Positions 22,097-46,819 of a DNA stretch of 64,000 bases are shown here, piece after piece. Origin of the DNA: the human T2T-CHM13v2.0 reference genome, Homo sapiens; NCBI RefSeq assembly GCF_009914755.1, contig NC_060925.1. One strand, given 5' to 3'. Both the position numbers and the translations under genes were made by a program. Numbering within the stretch: position 1 is the stretch's first letter; each line of letters begins with the position of its first letter. The notes beneath the pieces are model-generated. The model saw only the letters and a program-made list of their open reading frames with translations, made no database searches and had not been told where the DNA came from.

Positions 22097-24273
22097 TCAT
22101 TAGAAGGAAGGAGGGGAGGGAGGGAGGAGTAATGGAAGACAACCACCACTTCTTGGTGTCTCTGTGATCCTGGCTTATAAAAAACATCAGAACCAAGATT
22201 AGAAACCAAGCCCTTTAACTCCCTCTTGGCCCTGCCATTGGGGGTCCTCAATCATGTTATGATGCACAGAACACATACCTGTTTACAGAAGTTTCTACAC
22301 TACAACACAACCATGAAAAATGGAGCCACAGGTATGACCCTCAATCCTTAAGAAACTTCAAAAGGGGAGAACAATGTTTTTGTCCAGCTATTCCCCCACA
22401 GAAGGACACCCTTCCCTCTGGGGACTGTTGTCTTTCCCTTTTTAACAAGGCTTCATGGAAGACCAGAGCATAATAGGTCTTTAATAACTGAGTATAACAG
22501 TAGTTGGTGCTCAGTTCCCTTTCATAAAAGAAGTTCAAAAGCACTTTGGCTCAAACACCACCATGCCCCTGGGAACTACGAAGGTACAAGTATCATTATC
22601 CCCATTTACAGTCAGGGAAAGTAAAGCAAAGGGAGGCTACTTAGCTTGCCCAGGGTCAGACAAGACAGGGAAAGGGCCTAGGATTCAAACCCTTTGGAGC
22701 AGCCAGCAAGTTAACTCTGACTACCCTAAGAGTATCACCTACATTGGGCTTAAGGGAGGCTTTTCTTTCTTCTCTATGGTTTCTGCTGAGAATCAGTATA
22801 TGACATGGTGCTCAGAGCTCTGCCTGGGAGTCATACTGCCTGGTTTGAATCTGATTCTGTTCCCAACTAGCTCGACCTCAAACACTTTACTTAACTTTTC
22901 TAGGCCTCAGCTTCTTAACATACAAAATGGTAATAATGGTACGTATCTCAGAAACCGTGAGGATGAAATGAGACAGTGTATGTAAAATGCCACTATCATT
23001 CACTTTCTCATTTTCTAAATGAGCACGTATCATTCTCATAGTAAGAAAACCAGCTACATGAGAAAAAGCTTGCACCCACTCTGCGTTTAGTTTTTACAAA
23101 TCTACAGATGACATATGACTAGCAGGCATTTCAGATTCTGCCAATAAAATGCCCCAGGACTCTGAAAGTGACCTGCAACACAAGCGTCCTATTTGATTCC
23201 CACTAACTTGTGTTGGTCTCTCCAGGTTAGCAGAGCAAGTGGCATCGTGGACAACTGATGGGAGGACCAAAAAGGGATCTGAAAAGCTGGCCAATGGCAC
23301 CCAGTCTAAAGAGTCCCACTCTGGATTCCTGGTGAGTGGAGCCCCTGGGTTTGAAATGCCATTTCTCTCAGCGCTCTGCTGAGTTACCCAACTCCGCTCA
23401 GCCCAGATGAAAGACAACCAATGCTTTCTAGATACCACTGTGTTCCTGATCAAGTAATCAAACAGGAGATGGTCAGAGTTGCCAGTGTGGCCCAACCCTC
23501 TATAGAGGGGCCTGGTGATGGCAGGGACTGGCAGAGAAGTAGGGATAGGGTGGGGGTAGGAAAGCTGTCCAGTCAGTCTTGGTATACTCTCAACAAAGAA
23601 ACAGTGATATACATGTATGTGTGTCGCTGATGCATTTATGAAGAATGGCTGCAAAACTCCAAGACTACTTAAGAGTCACTGCCAAGATAAGAAGCTTTAA
23701 CTCACACAGAGAGGAGCAGAGAACACAGACATTCCACTGTAGACGACAAGCTGCTAAGCACTGGCAACATTCATTCATTCAACTCAAGAAATGTTTGCTG
23801 ATGACTTAGGGACTCGGAAAAAAGGAAGCTCAATAAAATGCAGGACACACAGACACACATACCAGGACTGTCATCAACCTAGCTGATGCTTCCCTCATCT
23901 TCAGGGGACCAGGCCAGAGAAATAAGGAACCTGATGGGAAGAAACTCAATACTCTGGCTGGCCTCAAAAACCTCCCAGGACAAGGAGAGCCTATTCCAGC
24001 CGCTCTTCGTAATGTCCTGTTCTGTCTTTTAGTGTGGACTCAAATATTCTCCTAGACCCCAGGAAAAGTTCCCATGCAGTGACTTCCCACTGTTCAGAAT
24101 TCAAAAGTAAAATCCAAACTCCTAACCACAGCCACAAATTTGGCCCCTGCTGATTCATCACTAACCACACTCCAGCCCCTCTGGGTTGATCATTCTTGCA
24201 GTCCTCTCTGTCCACAAAGCTGTCCCCCTAGATCACCATCCATGTCTCCCAAAAGCCACCTTCTCAGAGCTAA

Positions 24274-24636
<363 letters not shown>

Positions 24637-25898
24637 TGAACCACCGCGCCCGGCCTCACCACCCTACATTCTTTTGTTGACTCGTTTATTTGTTTACTAT
24701 CTGTCTCTCCCACTAGAAGATAAACTTCATAAGAGCATGCCTCTTAAAGACCGTGTTCTTGGCTACGTCCATAGCATCCGCAACAGTGCCTAGCACATAG
24801 GTGCTCAATCAGTCATTCAATTCAACAAATATTTTCAGAGTACTACAAAGTTTAGGTACTATATTATAAGAGTAGACAAAAAGAGACAAAAATCTCTGCT
24901 CTCAAAGAGCTTAAATGCTGGTGGGAGCTAAGAAGCAGATAAAAAAAGGCGAAATAATGGTTACTTCAATTTAGCATATACCAAGTGCTAGGTGGTCTTC
25001 TGAGTATCTACTAGGTATTACTTAATTTAATCCTCCCAACAACTCCATGAGGAAAGTATTACTATTGTGCATATGGGGAAACTGAGACACAGAGAGATTA
25101 AGTTACCTGCTGAAGATCATGCAGCTCCTGAAGGCAGAACCAAGATCCAAACCTGATGGTCTTGGTACAAAGTCCATGGTCTAATTAAGAGCTACACTTC
25201 AGGCCAGGCACGGTGGCTCACGCCTGTAATCCCAACACTTTAGGAGGCCGAGGTGGGTGGATCGCCTGAGGTCAGGAGTTCGAGACCAGCCTGACCAACA
25301 TGGTGAAACCCCATCTCTACTAAAAATACAAAAATTAGCCAGACGTGGTGGCACACGCCTGTAATCCCAGTTACTTGGGAGGCTGAGGCAGGAGAATCGT
25401 TTGAACCCAGGAGGCAGAGGGTTGCAGTGAGCCAAGATTGTGCTATTGCACTCCAGCCTGGGCAACAAGAGCAAAACTCCATCTAAAAAAAAAAAAAATA
25501 ATAAAGAGCTACACTTCATATTTGCTGAGTGTCAAGTGACTACTTGGTCAGCACCAGCAGCAGCTGTTCCCCACAGGCAAGGATGGAGAGAGCAGATCCA
25601 TCAAGGAAGGGCTGCCCTGTCATGTGAGCCCTGTGAACAAGACACTGCTGGGTTTACACTATATTGCACCCTGGATGAGGAGTCTACAAGAAGCATGGTC
25701 TGATGAAAAGACAGGGGCAGGGGCAGGAGTCTTGGTGCGATGAGATGCCCAGGCAAGTCAACCAATATTTGAAGAGTTTACATTTTGTGCAGGGCGCTGA
25801 TTCAGACACTGTGGACGATGCAAAGACAAACCCAGTAGAGATTCTGGCCTCAGAAAGCTTAGAGTCACATGTGTACACATGGAGATGAAATGGGGTAG

Positions 25899-26355
<457 letters not shown>

Positions 26356-26759
26356 TAAAATGTTGGCATATACAGGGGTGAGCCACTGCACCTGGCCTCA
26401 TTCTCATTAATAGCTCAAGTTTGTGGCCACTGAAACATTCTCCTACCTACCATGAGAACAGGCCCAATTTCCTGGTGCAACATCTTCCAACAGTGGCAGT
26501 AATGTTCCCATTTAAACAATACAACCGGATGTGGGAATGAAACCCAGTGTATTATGCCCTCCTCCACCTCTAACTGGTTTTTAAACCCACAAACCCTCTC
26601 CAATCAAGGAGGCGGGGACCTGTTCTGTGAGCACGTTGTTATGGGACATCTAACTCTCAGTCTCCAAAGTTTTGCTTTGCAGCTCTCCCAGAGGGAACAG
26701 ACTGATTCCACCTCTTCGTTTCCACTGCCACTGCCCCGATCCCTCAAGCCACCATCATC

Positions 26760-27810
<1,051 letters not shown>

Positions 27811-28699
27811 CTCCATCCCATAGAGGTGATTTGTATTTACAAGGGAGGACCACGAACTCCCCCAGCAAACCGTGAATGACACATTGGCATTTAACAGCCC
27901 GCACCTTTATTTATGATCCAAAGTCCTACTTTAAATCTGAGGAAGCTGCTGGTATCTCTGGACATTTTAATGGCACAAGAGATCAGTTATCACTTGGGGA
28001 CACACTCCAGGAACTGGAGCCCAGTGGTTGTAGCAGGGAGCTAAGAGCCAAGGCTCCTGCGAACAGAACTTCAAGACAAACCATGACTTGCCTCCAGGTC
28101 CCTTACCCACACACCCTGTACCTCAATTTACCCAGCAGTTGGCCAGACATGTTCCTCTCAGTTCTGTGAGTGACAGGAGACAAAATAATTCACAGCTGGA
28201 GCATACTGAGATCCTCAGACAGGAGGTGGTGCAAGCCACACGTCTCATTATTCATAAAACTCTTGATTTGCGGCCAACACGGCCCCCGCCGCCTTCCCAG
28301 GGGCTAACCTGACAACAGGCACTGCTCAGACAAGTTCAGCTCACAAGGCAGAGGGAGGGATGGAGGGCCTAGCAGAGGCTGGGTGTCCAGACCTGAGTGT
28401 CTCGGTTACCAGGTTCCAAAAAAAGGAAGGTGGTTGGGGTGGGGTGATGAAAAGGAGGTGAGAGGTGCAGTTTGGGGCTCCAGGTGGTTAATTTTGCAGG
28501 TTCGTGCATACACGCCCGCCATCCAGGTGAGATATGTGCCCCCACCAGGTACCTTCCAGGAAGGCTCACCGGGGAGGGGTGGAATCGGGAGACGACAGTT
28601 CAATCAAACTACAGAGGGAGGAAGGGCGGCCCAGCGTTTAGTTTGGGGAAATATGGAGAGTAAGAGTCTCAGAGTGGGCGCAGGTGAGGGAAGAGGCAG

Positions 28700-29700
28700 G
28701 GGCCCAGAGGTCGGGAGGGCGGACGGGCGATGACAGGCACCCGGACGCGGTGAGGTGAGCAACAAGGTGGGCGGCGCGGACACCTGTGGAGGCGACCCCC
28801 GGGCGAAGAGTCAGGGAGGCGGGAGGTGGTCTGCGGCGAGAGGCGGCCAGGCCCAGACCAGGGCGCCGCGCCGCTGGGGCAGTCAGGGGTCCGAGCGGGG
28901 TCGGGGGCGCTCTCCGCGGCCCCTCCCCGGCAGACAAAGGGCTGGCCGCTCCCCCAAGCCCCGGCGCGGCGCGGCGCGGGCCCGGGCGGTGCAGGCGCGG
29001 CCCGGCCTCGGCGCTTACCTGGGCCGCCCGACCCGGCCGGGCCGGCAGGGGCAGCGGGTCCGGCGCGCAGCGCGCGGCGGCCTGTTCCGGGGCGTGCTCA
29101 GCCCGAGCAGCCGCTGCGGCGGCGGCAGTAGCAGCAGCAGGAGCGGCCGCCTCAGCCTCCGCCTCCCGCTCCGAGAGTCACCGCGGTGGGGAGGGAGGGA
29201 GGCGCCAGGCCGCCGGGGGAGGGACCGGCGGAGGGGGCGGCATCTGGCTCCGCGCGGGCTGCTGAGGCGCGGCGGCGGCAACGCCCCGGAGGGAGGCGGG
29301 CGCGTGGGGCCGGGCGCCGGGGCGGGGCCTGCGGGCAGGGCGGGGCCCGGGGCCGCGAATTGGTTAACTCAGCCTGTGGGCGGGGCTGCGCGGTGCGGGG
29401 CGGGGCCTTGTGGCGCATGTGAACGCTCATTGGGCCCTCCTGGAAGGGGGCGAGACCAGCGACATAGGGACGGGGCCATGCGGTGGGCGGGTGGAACACG
29501 GCGCCGGTAGTGAGTGGCCGAGTCCGCGCTGAGAGCAAAGGGGAGGAGCGGGCCGGGGGTGAGCAGGGAAGGCGGGTTGGGCGCGAGGAGGAGGCGGTGG
29601 CCTGGAGGAGGAGCCGGGTAAGGCTGAAGCTGGCGCTGCGGTAAAGCCACTCTGCGTGTCCCTATCTGCTCCAGGAGCACAGTGTTCCGGAAAAATAATG
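28700..29700. promoter_or_regulatory. CpG island, CTNNBIP1 promoter with GC boxes
   Basis: Very GC- and CpG-rich; GGGCGGGGC Sp1-type boxes near 29320, 29338 and 29398. Confidence 0.9.
29019..29170 (-). other. CTNNBIP1: CTNNBIP1 (ICAT) non-coding exon 1 (5' end approximate)
   Basis: Donor CAG|gtaagc at 29018 within the CpG island; short CTG/CCG tract; locus order next to LZIC. Confidence 0.85.
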
Positions 29701-30984
29701 GCCTCTCCCACACACCGGTCTGTGTTTAAAAACGGGAGCAACAAGACGGGGCAGAATCCTTGGTGAGGCCAGTTTACCCAGAACCCCGGAAAATTCTGAA
29801 ATGGACGAGGTTGCAGAACATTTAGAGGCGTGGTCTTCCTGCGTCGTTGAGCTGGGAACGTTGCTACCTCTGAGCTTGGGGCCTAACCTGGGATTAACCT
29901 AGCCCAGAGAGCCCAGGGATGGGCCTCCGTAGGTCCATTAAACTCAGAAGGTCGTGTGTACTGGTAGTGAGTGGATTTTTCGGGGGAAGGGTGCCCATGA
30001 TTAAAATGTTTCTACAGAAAGTCTGGCTGTATTTGGAGAGGGTACAGGGAGAAGCAGCCCATTTTAGGTAAAATGCAAATTGCTTTTAACATCCGCCTTC
30101 CTTTTAAAGGGACCTGTATCTTTAAGTGTGGTCTCATTTTCAGCAGTTTAAATTATCAGTTACACAGTGTGACACTAACCCCAGTTCAGAAGCCCTCCTA
30201 CCCTACTCCTCCCACAGCCTTTCTTTTTACACCTTTTCTGTACCATCCTCTTCCACTCCACATTTCTTCCCCTTCCCTATGCAAAAAGAATACGAAGTCC
30301 TTTTTTGTTTGTTCGTTTATAATATAATATCCACATTACTCTTTACTCATTTGGGGGGTTTTTTTGTTTTTGAGAGGGAGTCTCGCTCTGTCGCCCAGGC
30401 TCAGGTGCAGTGGCGCGATCTTGGCTCACCGCAACCTCCGCTTCCCGGGTTCAAGCGATTCTCCTGCCTCAGCCTCCTGAGTAGATGGGATTACCGGCAT
30501 GCGCCCCGGCTAATTTTTGTATTTTTAGTAGAGACGGGTTTTCTCTATGTTGGCCAGGCTGGTCTCCAACTTCTGACCCCAAGTGGTCTGCCCGCCTCGG
30601 CCTCCCAAAATGCTAGGATTACAGGCCTGAGACACCGCACCCGGCCTGCTCACACTTTTTCATACTTAATAGGTCCCCGGCCGGGCGCAGTGGCTCATGC
30701 CTGTAATCTCAGCACTTTGGGAGGCCAAGGCAGACAGATCACCTGAGGTCGGGAGTTGGAGACCAGCCTGACCAACATGAAGAAACCCCGTCTCTACTAA
30801 AAATACAAAAATTAGCCGGGCGTGGTGGCGCATGCCTGTAATCCCAGCTACTCAGGAGACTGAGGCAGGAAAATCGCTTGAACCCGGGAGGCGAGGGTGC
30901 AGTGAGCCGAGATTGCGCCATTGCACTCCAGCCTGGGCAACAAGAGCGAAACTCTGTCTGAAAAAAAAAAAAAAAAAATTGGTC

Positions 30985-31710
30985 CCCAAGTGGGTTTCTC
31001 CTACAGTGTCCCCACCTTCAGTAACTGGCACCACTCTCTACCCAGTTGCTTACACCAGACACTTAAATTGTACCGTTGACACCACTCTTTCCTTTATTCT
31101 TCATTTCCAGTCCATGTTGTTTCCAATTCTAAATGGTGTCCTTAATCTCTCCACCTCCTACCATCTCTACCCCTCTTTCCCAGTTTAACCTGCCACCAGC
31201 TATCACCTTGACTCCTGCAATAACCCTTCAAGCAGTCTCTCCTTTAGGCTCTCCTTACGCCCCCATTCACTGCCCACACAGCAACTAAAGGAAACTTCTT
31301 AAAATCTTGTCAGACCTGCGCTATTCAACGACTTCTCTTCATTTTCACGAGGAAGTTCAAAGTCCTTAGTGTGGCAACAAGGCCTTACAGGATCTGGCTA
31401 CAGCCTGATCTTGAACCACTTTTGCCAACTGGGCTCTAGCCACATATGGGCCTTGTGCCTGTTCCTTGATCACAGGGAGCTCTTTTGTGCTTCAGGTCTT
31501 CTGATTGCGCTGTTCCCTTGGCCTCAATGGCTCTTTTCCGATTTCTCCCCACTTCACCTGCCTGAATACTTGGTCTACTTCCGGGAGACCTCTTAATGGA
31601 TGCTAGCCCTAGTCCCACAGCATGGCTATAAACTCCAGGAGGGCAAGGACCATGCCACCAAGCACAATACCTGTATCCACAAATATTACTGCAGGAACAA
31701 ACTGAATGTG
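30985..31710 (+). mobile_element. L2 fragment
   Basis: actggcaccactctctacccagttgct...ccacacagcaactaaag...ctataaactccaggagggcaaggacc. Confidence 0.55.
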
Positions 31711-31891
31711 TAAATACTCCATCCAGGACTTTCCCTTCCATCGGCCAGCCACTCCTACTCCCCGCCTCCGACCCCCAGGGCTATCAGCCTTCTCCTCCTT
31801 ACTCTTCTCTCACTGCATTTATGGTTCGATATTTTCTCCTTTCAGCTCTGGAGAGGGCCTCCGTGTGGTCCCAGAACATATATTAGGTATC

Positions 31892-33240
<1,349 letters not shown>

Positions 33241-34282
33241 CAGAAGAGCTATTTTAAAGCAGTTGGGGGTTTATGGCAACAACTTAAATTTTACTCTATA
33301 AGAAGGTCTTCTGCTTACAAGTTGAGCAAGTACAAGGTCAGAATGAGTAAATTAATAACTTCCAGTATTTAGAAAGTGAAAAAATGATCTTTTGCTCTGG
33401 TCTCTTTGTTTGCCATCCTGTTTGCATTTGGTATAGCTCTAACTTCTCTGAAGACAGACAATTAAAAGGAGGCTAAGTGCACAGCAGACAAAGAGTGTCA
33501 CAGTCATGTGTCACCCTCTTGTGTTGTGCCTTGGCAAATACTTGTCATCTAATTTTACTTTGGAGATGATAAGGAATTATTAAACACAATGATGAAAGCA
33601 TTTTGTAGATCGGTGAATATACATATTTTGTGTCATGAGTGGGGTATGTGCAGCTGTGAACATCTGGCTCTCTGCCAGCATGCCCCCCAAGTGTTAGTCT
33701 CTGTAGCATCTGATGAGTAGATCTTCCCGACATCACAGAACCCAGCTTTTATGTGTTTGGGAACAGTATAAAGAAATAATTATTCATTTCTTTGGCTGAG
33801 TGTTTTGATCAACCAACATGTCTTCTAAGTGTATTTTGTCTGTGAAGCCTGAAACATTCTAATCACCTAGTAAAGACAAAGCAACATAAGACCTTAATTT
33901 GGATCCATATACTCAGCTGATTAGCCTTTAACCATAGCAGTCTGTTTATCACCTTTTTTTCCTGCTGGTTATTGTCTAATTAAGGACCCAAAAAAATGAC
34001 CATCCCTAAAAGCAAATAGCCTGTACCCTCTGGGAAAAATTAAATAACTGTCTTCCCCCACTCTCCCTGGCATATAAATGGCATTTCATAGCTGTAGATG
34101 TTGCAATGATATCAGTGTATTCAGATGAGACTGAAAAGACCACTCCTGACAAGCAATTCTTTCCTCATCTTATTGAATATAGATTGCCCGGTAGTTTGTT
34201 GTTGTAAACAAGCAGTAGAGTCTGTTATTATTAAACATCTATAACTTTGCTCCTGACCTTCACCATTGTAAGACAGTAGCAA

Positions 34283-35314
<1,032 letters not shown>

Positions 35315-35769
35315 TCATATGTTCATCTAGTTTTTTTTTTTTTTTTTCTGAAATCCTTTGCTATTTGTAACACTGAGGTCTAGCTTGCTGCAGTGTGACA
35401 GACACTTAGATTTTGCCTCCAGTCCAGCAGAGACTGCTAAATCTAAATGAACTTTGTGGCTCATTTCCACCCCACTTTCATTACTGTTCTTTTGGGAAAT
35501 TACTTCCCATCAGCAGTATTTGCCCCAGCTGGTGAATCAGAGGGGGCTCTTTTTTATAGATAATAAACAGTAAAGACTGAGGGCAGCAGATCCATCCCCT
35601 GGTGTTAGCTAATGAAGAGCCTCACATGAAAGCTTATGCAGCGGGGACAGGCATAGCGTTAATATCCTGGGATCCAAGATTACACACTCTTCTCTCACAT
35701 GCTGCTGAATAGATAGTAATGATTATTAATTATTTAAGCAAAGAACATGAGAGCCAACACAGGCAGCAA

Positions 35770-35830
35770 AAAGAAAGAGAGAGAGAGAGAGAGAGAGGGA
35801 GGGAGGGAGGAAGGGAGGGAAGAAAAGAAA
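35770..35830 (+). repeat. (GA)n/(GGGA)n purine microsatellite
   Basis: Direct reading. Confidence 0.9.
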
Positions 35831-36151
35831 GCTGCACTCTAGGATCTTCTATTGAAATCATTTTAATTAGTACAAGCTATGGAGCCAAGGGAAATAGACC
35901 AAGATACTTAATAGCGAAAGAATTTTTAAAAACTCTCTACCACTTTTCTTTCTGTAAAAAAAAAAAAAAACAAGAGCTGAGGTTATATATTTGTATACAC
36001 TGCTGTCAAAACGGAGTTTGAGAATGGAATTGCTTCCACAGGCTCCCTTCTGTGATAGCATATCAAAGAAAAAGGGTGAAACCTTCAGGAGGTTTTCATT
36101 CCAAATCTCAAATTTCCTGTCATTCCTGGTAGTTTTACTTTTTCTCTGTAG

Positions 36152-36343
<192 letters not shown>

Positions 36344-36530
36344 TAGCTGGGATTACAGGCGGCCGCCACCACACCTGGCTAATTTTTGTATTTTTCATAG
36401 AGACAGGGTTTCACCATATTGGCCAGGCTGGTCTTGAGCTCCTGACCTCAAGTGTCTGCCCGCCTCAGCCTCCCAAAGTGCTGGGATTTATAGGTGTGAG
36501 CCACCATGCCCGGCCAACACACTATTTTAA

Positions 36531-36716
<186 letters not shown>

Positions 36717-37074
36717 TAGCCAAAAGGCATAGTTTTGATCTAACTTTCAAATTCTAGGACTATGGTCCCTTGTTTGGAACTCATTGGTCATTCTATCACA
36801 GTCCAACTTTTCCACATTGTCAACCTCCCTGCAGCTAATGACAGTTCCTCTTATTATCGTAGTTTTAATTTTGAATTCAGTAATATTTGGACATCTAACT
36901 CTCATTATTACTATCACTAACCTGGCTCTGTGACTAACAAAAGACTGTTTCCTTTGTGGGCATCTTTCTGACCTTGTTCCAATATTCACACTACCTTACA
37001 CTAAACTCTTAATATTCCTTTCAGTTGCACTGATTCATACCTTCTCCTGACTCTTGATCAAGCATAGCCAGTCT

Positions 37075-37690
37075 CTTCAGTCAATCACTCATTCAAGGAA
37101 TATTTATTGAGTTCTTTCCAGGTGCATGGCAGTGTACTAGGCAGGGGATAAAGCAGCAAATCAGACATATATTGTCCTTGCCCTCATAGTGAGTAAGAGA
37201 CATCAATGAATTACATGATTGAATAATTCATTGCAACTGTAATTAAATGCTAAAAGCTGACATACAAGGGGCTGTGGGACCATATAACTGGGAATCTAAC
37301 CTTGTATTAACAGGCAAGGAGAGCTTCCTTGGGAAAGTAATATTTAAGCTTACACTCCAAGTATAAGTTGGAGTTAACTAATCAAAGGGTGAGGAGAAGA
37401 GCAAAGCCAACAGTAGGACCAGCCCATAAAAAAAAGGTCATGAGGAGGCAAGAGAACATGATGAGATCAAACAACTGAGAGAAGGCTGGGGGCTGGAGTG
37501 CAGTGATGGAGAGAGAGGCCAGACCCAAATCATACAGGCCTTTATAGGTCATGCTAAGCATTTGGTTTTTATTCCAAGAGTAATGAGAATGATTGCAGGG
37601 TTTAAACAAGAATGTGACATCATCAGAATTGTATTTAAATAGCTGACTATGGCTATAGCATGGAAAATGGGCTAAAATGGAACAAGAGGA
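37075..37690 (-). mobile_element. L2 LINE fragment
   Basis: cattcaaggaatatttattgag...tgccctcatag...ggcctttataggtcatgctaag..tttggtttttattcc. Confidence 0.65.
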
Positions 37691-37692
37691 GT

Positions 37693-41021
<3,329 letters not shown>

Positions 41022-41048
41022 TATACTCTCATTAATTTTTAGATGTAA

Positions 41049-41054
41049 TTTATT
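41049..41054 (-). terminator. LZIC: AATAAA for the alternative distal LZIC last exon
   Basis: tttatt 115 nt downstream of the alternative stop codon. Confidence 0.55.
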
Positions 41055-41168
41055 ATTTGAAGAGAAAAGAAAATCTCTGCATTTCCCAAAAGCGCTTACA
41101 TCATATTCTTGTGCTGGGCTTTAACTTGGGTTCATCCTTTGCTTCCATTCTTGCAGTTACGCATGTAT

Positions 41169-41272
41169 TCACAGGTCCTGGATCTTTAACAGGAAGCTAA
41201 TCTTGCTGGGGACATCAATATTTTTGCTGGGGTGTGAGTCTAGCAGGTAGTTCATGTAACTTGGGGGCCGTC
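41169..41272 (-). CDS. LZIC: Candidate alternative LZIC terminal coding exon (GRPPSYMNYLLDSHPSKNIDVPSKISFLLKIQDL*), giving a 205-aa isoform
   Basis: Strong acceptor ttcactttcgctccccag at 41273; phase 1 matches the donor at 50800; open for 34 codons to TGA; AATAAA at 41049-41054. Confidence 0.65.
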
Positions 41273-42132
41273 CTGGGGAGCGAAAGTGAACTATTTTTAG
41301 CTGACTTCAAGTGGAGGCAATTCACTTAAAGAATTCAAAGGCTTTGGCAATATCCTAGATTGACTTTAATGAGTAGCCTGAAATAGCTACAGGCTCCAGG
41401 GGGTAGACCGAACCTATTGAGGGCCTCTCCTAGGAGATAAAAAGGCGCTTACATAGCTTGCCTCATAAAGTAGTGTCAGCTTCTTCCCTGCCCCTAGCAC
41501 AGTGCTCAGCATGGGAGCATTTCTGCTCATCTTATTAATTGGTGGCTAACTATAGACAGAACAGAAAGAGGCACTTATTTCACTAATATGCAGAAGCACG
41601 TTCTTAGGAAAGAGAGGAAGGCAGGCTCACAGAGGAGGATGCAGGCAGGCCTCAAACAAGCATCCAGGTGACACTTAGGACATTTTAAAACAGCTTTGAG
41701 TAGGCAATTCCCATTTAATTTCTTTTCAGAGTAGGAAACATATAGAAGCAGCATGCTAAAGGGGCTGCAGGGTCTGAAAAGGATAAAGGAACTAGTTTTA
41801 ATTTGCCTTCCATTTCTGCTGCTAATGACACCCTACTGAGACAGACTATACTATAACACATACATTCCCACCAACTCAATCACATTCTTTCATTAGGATG
41901 TCTTGGGCTATTATAAGATCTTTTTAGCACAACTTTTAAGAGAAGGAAATATAACAGAAAAAGTAATTTACCTCACCTCCAGGAAAGGAAAAGACAGGAG
42001 TAACAGAATTGTAGGCTTTTTCCCACAGTAGGGACTCCCAGTTAATTTTATGATCTTCATTTCCCATTATTTCAAATAGCAAGACCATGAATACACAGGC
42101 TTCCCTTGGTCAACCCAAATACAATGCCTCCA

Positions 42133-45095
<2,963 letters not shown>

Positions 45096-45236
45096 ACAGT
45101 TTTAATTTACATACTAATGCTGGAAAACATTTTGGAAGGCAAAGAAGAACATTCACTGGTCTTAGCAATAAATAGAATAAAAAAGAAAAACGTGGACAGA
45201 AAGGTGGTTGAAAGGCTCTAGGCAAAATGGTCTGGG

Positions 45237-45242
45237 TTTATT
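45237..45242 (-). terminator. LZIC: Candidate distal AATAAA for a long LZIC 3'UTR (others near 45320 and 45625)
   Basis: tttatt hexamers in the unique AT-rich block 45.1-46.2 kb. Confidence 0.4.
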
Positions 45243-46480
45243 TTTTTCTATAGTAATTTCAGATTATCCATCATTCACTGTAATAAGATACCATTTCAGT
45301 GGTGGAGTTGCATAGTCTTTTATTTTTCTAAAGATGACCATTCCATGTTTAATGTCTTCAGAGAAGATCTAAAAATCAAAGTTAACAACCCATTTGTCCC
45401 AACTCTAACTCTTCCTGGGAACAATTCCTCATTCTGTTACTTGATTTCTTCCTTTACCACCCACATAAAATATGTCTTACTGCTCACAAGATCAAAAGAA
45501 AACAGAACAAAACATTGAAACATCAGAATTGTTTAAAACACTAGATTTCATTCAATGGTCCAATTGGACACTTGCTCATTGGAACTTATTTCTGCTTCAG
45601 CTCTAGTTCTTTGAGAAACACAAGAATTCCTTTCACCAAAATATTAGCCTGACACAAGAATGTTGAAAGGTTAGCTGCCTTAGCTTTATTGCTGCCTATA
45701 ATCTCCAAAGATATCTGAACACCTAGAAGATTAAATGTAGCAAGAAGTGGAAGAGAAACACAGTTTATAAGTCATTTAATAACTATAATTGCATAGAATT
45801 TACTCACTTTTCAAATACTTATTCTGAATGAATACCAAATTTGTGAAACAAAATATATTCTATGGTGCTTAGAATGGTTGTTAAATGGTGAGTTAGTTTT
45901 CCAAGTAAAAACTTTACGTGCATTAACAGAGGGGAATGCATAATAATCCTATGAGGTAGGCCCTATTATCCTCATTGAATAGAAGAGAAAAGGAGGCTCA
46001 AAAAAATTAAGTAACCCACAAAAAGTCACACAGCTGTGACTGTCAGTGTCCTGCTGGGCACTGCAAACTAGGCCACTTTTAAAGTAAGATCATTTTAAAT
46101 TGAGTACTCTTACTTACAAAATGAACACATTAATGTGATAATTGACAAAATATTTCAGATGCTGGACTTATAGAAAGTTTAAGGAAAACCAAGATTAAGG
46201 ATTCCAGATTCAGGTAACTCTCTTTATCTTTTTTTTAGACAGGGGTCTCACTTTGTCAGCCAGTACAGTGGCGTGATCTCAGTTCACTGCAACCTCTGCT
46301 TCCCAGGTTCAGGTGATCCTCTGACCTCAGCTTCCTGAGTAGCTGGGACCACAAGTGCATGCCATCACGCCTGGCTAATTTTTTTTTTTTTTTTAGAGAC
46401 AGGGTTTCACCATGTTGGCCAGGCTGGTCTCAAATCCTGAGTTCAGGCGATCCGCCCACCTCTGCCTCCCAGAGTTCTGA

Positions 46481-46819
<339 letters not shown>

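Noticed and set aside
23094-23654. 186-aa minus-strand ORF
   Set aside because: TTG start, no recognisable homology or exon boundaries
28755-29510. 251-aa Arg/Gly-rich ORF and overlapping ORFs
   Set aside because: Stop-poor GC-rich CpG island; starts at GTG; low-complexity composition
33589-33713. ATGATGA...CTGA resembling a box C/D snoRNA
   Set aside because: No convincing terminal stem or guide; better explained as part of the fossil exon 1
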